From: an uncultured Solirubrobacteraceae bacterium
GTDB taxonomy: Bacteria > Actinomycetota > Thermoleophilia > Solirubrobacterales > Solirubrobacteraceae
Length of the DNA: 64,000 nt
Direction of reading: 5' to 3'
NCBI GenBank assembly: GCA_963818035.1
Contig: CAWFQR010000003.1
Location: 64,282-128,281, forward strand
In this document: positions 53,847 to 61,611 of the stretch, one piece after another
How positions within the stretch are numbered: position 1 is the first letter of the stretch
How the letters are laid out: the number at the start of each line of letters is the position of its first letter
Position numbers and translations under genes: made by a program
The notes under the pieces: model-generated
Databases searched by the model: none
Seen by the model: only the letters and a program-made list of their open reading frames with translations
Told to the model about the DNA's origin: nothing

Positions 53847-54575
53847 TCAGATCGCGAGGCGGCCGCCGTCGACGGGGATGACCGCCCCGTTGATGTAGGC
53901 GGCAGCCGGGGTCGCAAGGAACGTGATGACGTCGGACAGCTCGTGCACTTCAGCGACCCGGCCGAGCGGAATCGTCTTGGCGAACTCTTCGGCCATCGCC
54001 AGTTTCGTCTCCAATGTCGGGGTCAACGTCGGGCCGGGAGCGACCGCGTTGACGCGGACGTTCTGCGGCCCGAATTCGGCAGCCCAGGCCTTGGTGAGCA
54101 GCTCGATCGCCGCACGCGACGCGCCGTAGGCAGCCAACCCCGGCTGACCGTAGCTCGCCACCATCGTGGAGACGTTGATGATCGATCCGCCGCCACGGGC
54201 AGCGATCTCGGGGGCGAGCGCGGCGACGAGGAAGAACGGCGCCTTGACGTTGATCTGGAACAGCGCGTCGAACGCCGCCTCGTCGGTGTCGACCGTCGGC
54301 CCCATCGCCGCAACGCCTGCGAGGTTGACCAGAACATCGATCTCCCGTGCCGCGTCGGCGACGCGTCGCACCTCGAACATCTCAGAGAGATCAGCGGCGA
54401 TGAACTGCGCATCGTGCCCACCCGCCCGAATCTGCTCCACGGTGCTCGCGCCGCGGGTCTCGTCGCGGCCGGTGATGATCACCGAAGCGCCCTTTTCGGC
54501 CATCGACAGTGCGGTGGCTGATCCCATCCCGGATGTGCCGCCGGTGATGAGGGCGGTCTTGCCTTGAAGTTCCAT
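53847..54575 (-). CDS. SDR family oxidoreductase
   Basis: TGGTSGMG, NAVAPGP, VDGG; YGASR in place of YxxxK. Confidence 0.92.
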   Translation of the reverse strand: MELQGKTALITGGTSGMGSATALSMAEKGASVIITGRDETRGASTVEQIRAGGHDAQFIAADLSEMFEVRRVADAAREIDVLVNLAGVAAMGPTVDTDEAAFDALFQINVKAPFFLVAALAPEIAARGGGSIINVSTMVASYGQPGLAAYGASRAAIELLTKAWAAEFGPQNVRVNAVAPGPTLTPTLETKLAMAEEFAKTIPLGRVAEVHELSDVITFLATPAAAYINGAVIPVDGGRLAI

Positions 54576-54613
54576 GTATCGCGCTCTCCCTTGAGTGGTT
54601 GTCGCGACCGAGA

Positions 54614-54660
54614 CTGGATCGCGCGTTCCACTCTAGCACGGATTGGATGAGGCGATCCAT
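54614..54660. promoter_or_regulatory. Two putative TetR operators between divergent SDR and TetR genes
   Basis: TGGATCGCGCGTTCCA and TGGATGAGGCGATCCA (TGGA-N8-TCCA twice). Confidence 0.55.
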
Positions 54661-54680
54661 TTCATTGGTAGAGTGATGGC

Positions 54681-55303
54681 ATGAGCGCGACCAGCCCCTC
54701 CCCCAGCAACTGACGCGCAAGGGCCGGGAGACCCGTCAACGCATAGTCGACGCAGCTTCCGAGCTGATCTTCAGGCAGGGCGTCGCCCATACGACGATCG
54801 ATGACGTACGCGCCGCGGCGGGCGTCTCGAGCTCGCAGCTGTACCACTACTTCGACGACAAGCCGGCTTTGGTCCGCGCAGTCGTTGACCACCAAGCCGA
54901 CACGATGGTCGGCGGGCAGGAGAACTTCGATTTCAGCACGCTGAATGGCCTACGAGCCTGGCGCGACTTCGTCGTCGCTGCCCAGCGCGAGCAGCACTGC
55001 ATCGGCGGCTGCCCGATCGGCTCTCTCGGGGGCGAGCTAGCCGAGACCGATCCCGACGCGAGAACCCATGTCGCCGAGGGGTTCAACCGATGGGAAGCCA
55101 CCATCCAGAGCGGTCTACGGGAGATGCATACCCGAGGCGAGCTCCCGCCCGACACCGACCCTGACACCCTCGCGCTCGCGCTACTGGCCGCGCTGCAGGG
55201 CGGCCTGCTTCTCACGAAGATCAAACGCGACACCAAGCCGCTAGAGGCCTCGCTCGACGCAATGATCGAGCTGGTCGCCAGACTCCGCGGCGGCAGCTCG
55301 TAG
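54681..55303 (+). CDS. TetR family regulator (one C missing in the run at ~54700)
   Basis: LTRKGRETRQRIVDAASELI...GVSSSQLYHYF, GGCPIGSL; ATG 54681 is out of frame by one base. Confidence 0.88.
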
Positions 55304-55622
55304 GGTTCCTCGCGCAAGACGCTCGAGAACCCACCCCCCGCCCGCGAGCCTCCGCACCCGATCCGCTCGCGCGACCCTCCCCTCGCCGCCGTTCGGTTTC
55401 ACCTCGCAGTCAGCGATTGGTGATAACGACCACGAATGGGCGATACTGGTCAAGCCGGTGCGAAATCTCGCTTTGTGGACGCGGGATTCCGGCGGTAGCT
55501 GCGATCGTGGCACGAACGCTGCGCTGGATGATCCCGTAGGTGCCGGCGCCCTCTCCGGTAACCGGAACCCTCCGCGCGCTCTGGTCGACGGGCTACACCG
55601 CCGTGGCTTTGCGGGGCGCGGC

Positions 55623-56996
55623 CTATTTCGTTTCGTACGTGTACTGGTCGGCGGTGGTGCTCGCGCTCGTGCCGCCGGAGCTGGCGAGCTTGACTTCCGC
55701 GACGCCCGTGCTCGTGGACGCCGGTGAGACCGCCGTGATCGAGGTCGGGGAGGTCACGGTGAATTCTTTCGCCGCCACTTTCCCGAACGAGACACTCGTC
55801 ACGGTCGGGTTCTCGAAGTTCAGGCCGGTGATCTTGACTTTCTTGTCGCCCGCGATCGGGCCCTTCGCGGGAGCGAGCTTGCTCACCACCGGCGGAAGCG
55901 CCTTGCGCTGCACGCACGTTTCCGTCGCGTTGCTGTAGAGCTGCTGCAAGTAGTACTCGTGGCCGTCGATCACCTGGTTGTACAGCGCTCCGTTGGGCGC
56001 CGTGCCGAGCGCCGTGCCCCATCTCATTTTTTCCTGGAACGGCACGTTCCCAAACGCCCAGGCTCCGTTGCAGATATCAGCGACCTCTTCCACGCCGGAA
56101 GTAGAATCGTTGAGCCACCCGACGCCATAGGGGTCGGTGGTCGCCTCGACGAACTCGTGCTCGATGTGCGGGAACTCGTCTTCGTACGCGCTGTTCGGGT
56201 GCTGCGGATCTTCGCAACCTTTGACGCCGGGCGAATAAGGCATCACAGCCCACACCGGGCTTTCGGCTTGTTCGGACCCGAGGCTGGAGTCATGTGCAGC
56301 GCAGAACTGTGCGCCTGAGCATTCGCTCGTCTCATGACCTGCGTGGGGGTAGTCGCATGTCGAGACGCCCGGCGGCAACATCACGAAGAAGACGTTCGTT
56401 GCTTCGAACTGGCCGGCTTCATTGATCTGCTTGGGCAGCTTGTGCTGTTTGACGAGTTCGTTGACCTCGGTTGCGATCTGGGGCAGCGAGACGCAAGGCT
56501 TGGACAGCGGCCGTTCGAGAGAAAGGTCGCATCCTGAGCTTTCGGCTGGGTAGGGATCTTTGTCCTTGATCGCCTTACCGACATGTGTTTCGTCGTTCAC
56601 CCCATACTGCGTGAGCACCGAATAGAAGTCCTGGTCGCTCCCGTTTTCGTGTTCGAGCCCCTTGAAGAAGTCCGTGACCGCCGTCTCATACCCCTTCGGG
56701 AACGCCGGAGCGCCCTTCGGCTGCCAATACACGAAAGATGTCGTCGTCCGCGGCATGAAGAAGATGCTCGAGCTGCCTCCCGGTTTGTCGAGGTGCTGCA
56801 GGTAGCCCTCAGTCGCGCAACTAGGGTCGCCGCTATAGCATTCGAACGCCGACGCACTGGACGCACCGAAGCTCGCAACCAGCACAGCCAGCAAAGCGAA
56901 CAGCCCGCCGGCCAAGCGTCGCGGGCTCCGGGCGGGCAGAGCCGCCCCCGAACGGCCACCGCCGGTGCATCCACGCCCCTGCCGTGATCCGGTCAT
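55623..56996 (-). CDS. Secreted Phi-1-like plus IPT/TIG protein (paralog of 25771..27091)
   Basis: FCAAHD, HEFVEATTDP, EVADIC, NQVIDG, VSKLAPAKGP...KITGLNF. Confidence 0.78.
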   Translation of the reverse strand: MTGSRQGRGCTGGGRSGAALPARSPRRLAGGLFALLAVLVASFGASSASAFECYSGDPSCATEGYLQHLDKPGGSSSIFFMPRTTTSFVYWQPKGAPAFPKGYETAVTDFFKGLEHENGSDQDFYSVLTQYGVNDETHVGKAIKDKDPYPAESSGCDLSLERPLSKPCVSLPQIATEVNELVKQHKLPKQINEAGQFEATNVFFVMLPPGVSTCDYPHAGHETSECSGAQFCAAHDSSLGSEQAESPVWAVMPYSPGVKGCEDPQHPNSAYEDEFPHIEHEFVEATTDPYGVGWLNDSTSGVEEVADICNGAWAFGNVPFQEKMRWGTALGTAPNGALYNQVIDGHEYYLQQLYSNATETCVQRKALPPVVSKLAPAKGPIAGDKKVKITGLNFENPTVTSVSFGKVAAKEFTVTSPTSITAVSPASTSTGVAEVKLASSGGTSASTTADQYTYETK

Positions 56997-57151
56997 GCCA
57001 CGCCCCCTCGCTTGCGATTGCCGTGCCGAACCTTTGGCCGACGCGCCGCATCATTCCACAGAGCCCGGGGCGCGACCCGCAGGGTCGCCCGAAGACGCTG
57101 GCGCTGGCTGGCGTCTGCCGGGCCAGAAGGGTTACTTCGGCGTACTGATCC

Positions 57152-57179
57152 GTACCGTTCCGTACGGTACTGCTAGACT
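57152..57179 (+). promoter_or_regulatory. Toxin-antitoxin operator palindrome and -10 box (probably leaderless mRNA)
   Basis: GTACCGT-N5-ACGGTAC, then TAGACT 7 nt before ATG 57187. Confidence 0.65.
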
Positions 57180-57186
57180 CCGGACG

Positions 57187-57468
57187 ATGGCTGAGATCAA
57201 AGCTGAGGAAGTGCGCATCCCGCGACGTGCGCGCGAAGCGGTGGCGCACCATGAGAGGGTCGTCGTCATGAACCGCGAGCGTCCCGCCTTCGTGATCCTC
57301 CATCCCGATGAGGATCGCCTCGCCACAGCCGCTCGTGGACGCCCGCTGCGAGACGCCCTGGGCATCCTCGCTCAGATCGCCCCTCCGGATGAGGAGTTCG
57401 CCGCGGACATGAAAGCCGTCCTCGACGACGTCGGCCGGGCGCCGGCAGATCCGTGGGCACGCTCCTAG
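57187..57468 (+). CDS. Antitoxin (Phd/YefM-like)
   Basis: ERVVVMNRERPAFVIL; 93 aa; overlaps the PIN toxin gene. Confidence 0.75.
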   Translation: MAEIKAEEVRIPRRAREAVAHHERVVVMNRERPAFVILHPDEDRLATAARGRPLRDALGILAQIAPPDEEFAADMKAVLDDVGRAPADPWARS

Positions 57469-57891
57469 ACACGACCGTCTTCGTCGAGCTCGAGCGAGCG
57501 ACCCGTGAGCTACCCCCCTCCCTCGCCATGCGGGCGGCGGCCGACCGGCTCGAAGAGGCGGTCGGCGCCGAGGAAGACGTGGGCATCGCCACGATCACTG
57601 CCTCCGAGCTCCTCCACGGCGTGCACCGAGCCTCCGACGCCACCGGCGAGACGCGAGGCCTTCGTCGAGACGACGCTGAGCGCTTTCCCGACGCTGCCGT
57701 TCGATCTCCTCGCCGCCCGCGTCCACGCGCGCATCTGGGCGCAACTGGCTGCAGCCGGCCGAGACGTCGGAGCCCACGATCGGATAGTCGCCGCCACCGC
57801 GATCGCCTCCGGCTGGAGAGTCGCAACCGCCAACCAGCGCCACTTCGAGCGCATCCAGGGCCTTAGCGTGGCGGTCGTGTCACTCGGGTGA
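57453..57891 (+). CDS. vapC: VapC-like PIN-domain toxin (frameshift ~57640)
   Basis: LLDTTVFVELER, ITASELLHG, GAHDRIVAATA, TANQRHFERIQGL. Confidence 0.85.
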
Positions 57892-57918
57892 GCACGGCGC
57901 CCGTCATCCGGCCGGGCA

Positions 57919-57991
57919 TGGGCGATACTGGGCTCGAACCAGTGACCTCCGCCTTGTCGAGGCGGCGCTCTCCCAGCTGAGCTAATCGCCC
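57919..57991 (-). tRNA. tRNA-Val(GAC), CCA not encoded
   Basis: GGGCGATTAGCTCAGCTGGGAGAGCGCCGCCTCGACAAGGCGGAGGTCACTGGTTCGAGCCCAGTATCGCCCA folds as a cloverleaf. Confidence 0.95.
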
Positions 57992-58058
57992 TGGGAAGGA
58001 CGCAAGGGTATCAACGGACCGCCGCCCCGAGGAGGGCGCCTCCCCACCCCGCGGAGGC

Positions 58059-59477
58059 TCAGTACGCCCGGATCGGCGGACCCTTGTAGACGGCCCCTTC
58101 CGGGCTGACCCAGCGCACCCGCCAGTGGGTTGCTGAGACGTAGGACCGCAGCGTCCAGTAGCCCGCGGCAGTCGTGTTGACCTGGGCGAGCGTCCGCCAG
58201 CGACTCGATCCCGGGTGCTCGATTTCGACGGTGACGGTCGTGGCGCCGGTCGCAGGCCGCACATAACCCCAGAGCGAGTAGCCGCCGCCACCTCGGCTGA
58301 CGACGAGCGGTACGGGGAAGCTCGAGAGCAACGGCTTGGCGCGGCCGTTCGAGTACTCGAGCCCGGTCTGGAACGCGACGTGGCTGCGACCTTTCGTGGT
58401 GTCGTCACGCAGCAGGTACTGGGAGAAGGAGGCGACCCGCGGGTTCGACCACGCGATCTTCTCAGCGGTCGCGTCGTACTCGGCCTGCTGTGCCACCGGC
58501 ACCCCGATCGAGCTGTCCGGGTAGCTGATCACGCCGAACTCCGTGATGTAGAGCGGCAGGCCCGAGGTGATCCGTCCCGCTCGCGCCGCCGCGTCGAGCG
58601 CCCCGGTCATCCGGCCGAGCACCCCGATCGTTACCGACTCGGGGTCCTTCGGAACGTAGAAGGGGCCGCGGATGCTCGCGTACGGATGCAGCCCCCATCC
58701 GGTCGCGGTCAGCTTCCTGCACGAGCCCACGCGCCGGTAGCTGCTGTTCAGGCAGAGCACGCCGCGCATGAAGGTCAACGGCGAGACGTTGTGGTTGGGG
58801 CCCCGCACCGGCGTTCGCGGATGCGCTTCGCCTTCGGGTGCCGTTTCGCCGATCAGCACCGCCGGATGCGCGATGCCGGCGGCCTGCAGCCCGGCGTATC
58901 CCGCCAGGTAGAGCGCGCGGTAGATCCCCGGCGAGGCGGGCGAGCCGTTGCTGTTGAACTGCGGTTCGAGGAATTCATGGTGGTTGGGCTCGTTCCAGAT
59001 CGAGAACAGCGAGACCTTCCCCGCGTAGTGGCGCCCGACCGCCGTCATGAATGCCTTGAACTGCCCGGCGTTCGGCTTGTAGAGCGCCGAGCGCCCACGC
59101 GGGTTGCCGGTCGCCCAGCGAGGCACCGGCGAGGTGACCGTCAGCAGGACCTTCCAGCCGCGAGCGTGCGCTTCTTCGATCACCGGGTCGTACTCGCTCC
59201 AGTTGTAGGAGGCGGGGTTCGTGGTTTCGAAGGAGGGACGATGGACGCTGTTCGGTCCGGGCGCGACGGTGCGCCAGCTGAGCTCGACCCGCAGCGCGCG
59301 GACCCCCAGCCGCTGCAGCGTCGCGATCGTCGCCGGCCTCGTCGCGGGGTTCAGGAGCAGCGACGGCGACTCGAAGAAGGTCGTCTCGGAGTGGGACGCC
59401 GAAGCAGATGCTGCGAGCGCGCCGCAGACGAGGGCGGCGGCGAGCACGCATGAGACGAGCCTGCGCGGGGTGAGCAT
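58059..59477 (-). CDS. Secreted GH-A clan glycoside hydrolase (GH5/GH39-like)
   Basis: Signal peptide; IWNEPN acid/base, LHPY, YITEFG nucleophile. Confidence 0.85.
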   Translation of the reverse strand: MLTPRRLVSCVLAAALVCGALAASASASHSETTFFESPSLLLNPATRPATIATLQRLGVRALRVELSWRTVAPGPNSVHRPSFETTNPASYNWSEYDPVIEEAHARGWKVLLTVTSPVPRWATGNPRGRSALYKPNAGQFKAFMTAVGRHYAGKVSLFSIWNEPNHHEFLEPQFNSNGSPASPGIYRALYLAGYAGLQAAGIAHPAVLIGETAPEGEAHPRTPVRGPNHNVSPLTFMRGVLCLNSSYRRVGSCRKLTATGWGLHPYASIRGPFYVPKDPESVTIGVLGRMTGALDAAARAGRITSGLPLYITEFGVISYPDSSIGVPVAQQAEYDATAEKIAWSNPRVASFSQYLLRDDTTKGRSHVAFQTGLEYSNGRAKPLLSSFPVPLVVSRGGGGYSLWGYVRPATGATTVTVEIEHPGSSRWRTLAQVNTTAAGYWTLRSYVSATHWRVRWVSPEGAVYKGPPIRAY

Positions 59478-59667
59478 CGCTTCTCCTTCCGGTTCGGGGC
59501 GCGGCGATCCGGGGCCGCCCGTCGCCGCCGGCTCGGGCCGGCGCCGTCTGCTTACGAAGTCGGGAGCTAAGACACGGCTCGACCGGCGAGGGTTGCGGTG
59601 CCCCCCGCGCTGCCCCGTCTCGACGGATCGGAATCGGGGCGGCGTGCCGGTACGCTGTGCCCACCCT

Positions 59668-59738
59668 GGCGACGTGGCGGAGTGGCTACGCAGCGGCCTG
59701 CAAAGCCGTCTACACCGGTTCGATTCCGGTCGTCGCCT
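59668..59738 (+). tRNA. tRNA-Cys(GCA), CCA not encoded
   Basis: GGCGACGTGGCGGAGTGGCTACGCAGCGGCCTGCAAAGCCGTCTACACCGGTTCGATTCCGGTCGTCGCCT. Confidence 0.96.
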
Positions 59739-60033
59739 CTGAGAAGAACCGCTGCGTCGGCTCGTCAAGACCCGAGGAGCGCCGCCGGCGCGTCGAGTGC
59801 CGCCACGCACGAGTGATCGTGATCCCCCCGAGCGGCACTCGCCGCCGCCCTGAGCCGTCGCACGCTTACGAATCGCTGATCCGCTCTCCCCTGCGCCCGT
59901 CGTGCCCGCGGTGCCGAAGCCCCGCCGGAGCCGGTTCCTTGGGACTGCCGGCTGAAACCTGTCTGCTGTATGTGGCGGTGAGCGCCGCGCGCGGGACGGG
60001 CGACCGCCCGTCCCGCGCCCGGACGCTGCGGTC

Positions 60034-60834
60034 CTAGCGGACTTCGACCTTGAAGACCGGCTGGAACTGCGCCCAGCCCGTCGCTTCGAACTTGCTGTTG
60101 TAGTAGATGCTTTCCGGCAGCGGGTCGGCGCCGACGGCCGGTGTGCCGCTGTCCGCGGGAGGTTCGGACACGAAACTCCCGCCGCTGAAGCCCTTGTATG
60201 AGGTCTGCAGCCCGACGTTGACGATGTCTCCACCGCACGCTTCGCAGCTGTTCGTGAGCAGCACGATCACCTTCGCCGGCAGCGGTTTGCTCTGCGTGAA
60301 TTTTTTGAACGTCACGCTCTGTCGCAGCCCGCCGACGTCGCAGTTGGAGCCAAAGCCCTTGCCTTCTTCGGTAGCGGGACACGTGACATTGGTGGTCGGC
60401 CGGTAGCGGAGCTTCGCGACCGTCGTGCCGGTGGCGACCAGCGCACCCGGTTCTTCACCCGCTCCGACGGCGTACACGTCCACCGTCCATTCCTGCGAGA
60501 ACTTCTTCGTTTCGTGGAGCGTGTAGCAGTTTTCGAGCTGGTATTCGCCGTGTTCGCACTTGAACACGTCGACTTCGGTCCCGATCGACTTCAGCAGCCG
60601 GCTGTTCGTCTCGACCGTTTCGATCTGGCCGCCGAACAGCTTCCCGCCCATGAACGCTTCGTAGTCCTGGGAGTAGGTGTCTTCGTTGGGTTTGCCGTTG
60701 ACCGTGGCCGGCACGGTGTTGAGGTTGTTGTACGCGACTTCTGGCGCCGCGTTCGCGCTCGAAGCGCCGATCGCGGCGCACAGCAGTGCCGCGACGACCC
60801 CCAACGTCACCCGCAGCAGGGCAGGCTTGCGCAT
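60034..60834 (-). CDS. Secreted hypothetical protein
   Basis: Signal peptide ending ANA; AAGGGG SD; six Cys in the mature part. Confidence 0.82.
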   Translation of the reverse strand: MRKPALLRVTLGVVAALLCAAIGASSANAAPEVAYNNLNTVPATVNGKPNEDTYSQDYEAFMGGKLFGGQIETVETNSRLLKSIGTEVDVFKCEHGEYQLENCYTLHETKKFSQEWTVDVYAVGAGEEPGALVATGTTVAKLRYRPTTNVTCPATEEGKGFGSNCDVGGLRQSVTFKKFTQSKPLPAKVIVLLTNSCEACGGDIVNVGLQTSYKGFSGGSFVSEPPADSGTPAVGADPLPESIYYNSKFEATGWAQFQPVFKVEVR

Positions 60835-60952
60835 GGTTCCCCCTTCTCTCGGCGCCTGTCCGGGCGCCGCTGGTGCTTGAGCGTGTGAGGGACCCTCGCA
60901 TCGCGGCCCCCCGCACTTGGCTGGAGAAGTCTGTGCGATCTCGCCCCGCGGG

Positions 60953-61549
60953 TCAATCCAAATTTGGGCTGTTGGTATCGCGCTCGTTTATGTCACCTTG
61001 CACGAGGCCGAGCGTGCCCGAATCCGATCGCGGGCCGCTCGCGACCGTCCCAGGGGCGAGGTCCACCACCCCGCTTCCCATCGCCGGGCCCAAGCGGGCG
61101 GCGATCAGCGAGCGGTGGCATGCCGCAGCGTCGCGCTCGACGCACATCAACGCGCTGACCCCCGCGGGCAGCGTCGCGGCCAGCGCCCGCAGGTCGACCC
61201 TGTCGAGGATCTCCGCCTCGTAGCGCCGCACGTACTCGGGCGCGAGCCTCTCGCGCGAGCGCTTCCCGACCCCCTGCCGGTCGTCCTCGCGGTACTGGAG
61301 CTGCCGCAGCTCGGTCGTCGGCGCGAGGTCCCTGCGGTGGCGGTACTCGATGCCGGCCTCCACGAGCATCGCCTGAAGCCGCCGCGAGTTCGCCCACGCG
61401 TAGTCCGGCCCGCGAACGCCCCGGCGCTGGCGCACGTCGATCACGAGCTCCACTCCGGCCCCGCGCAGAGCGGCCAGGTAGCCGGCTGCCGAGAAGCCGT
61501 AGACCCCGATCGTCGCGAGCCTCACCCGCTGCCGGTCGCTGTGGCTCAC
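60953..61549 (-). CDS. DUF488 family protein
   Basis: TIG, VIDVRQR, LMCVERDAAACHRSLIA. Confidence 0.85.
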   Translation of the reverse strand: MSHSDRQRVRLATIGVYGFSAAGYLAALRGAGVELVIDVRQRRGVRGPDYAWANSRRLQAMLVEAGIEYRHRRDLAPTTELRQLQYREDDRQGVGKRSRERLAPEYVRRYEAEILDRVDLRALAATLPAGVSALMCVERDAAACHRSLIAARLGPAMGSGVVDLAPGTVASGPRSDSGTLGLVQGDINERDTNSPNLD

Positions 61550-61611
61550 ACCGCCGACGTTACCCGGCCGGTTCCGGCTCGACCCACCCGACGAGCGGTC
61601 CGAGACTGCCG

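Larger units (their letters stand above)
55436..57931. mobile_element. tRNA-Val-integrated islet (~2.5 kb) without integrase
   Basis: 14-bp direct repeat ATGGGCGATACTGG at 55436-55449 and 57918-57931 (tRNA 3' end). Confidence 0.75.
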
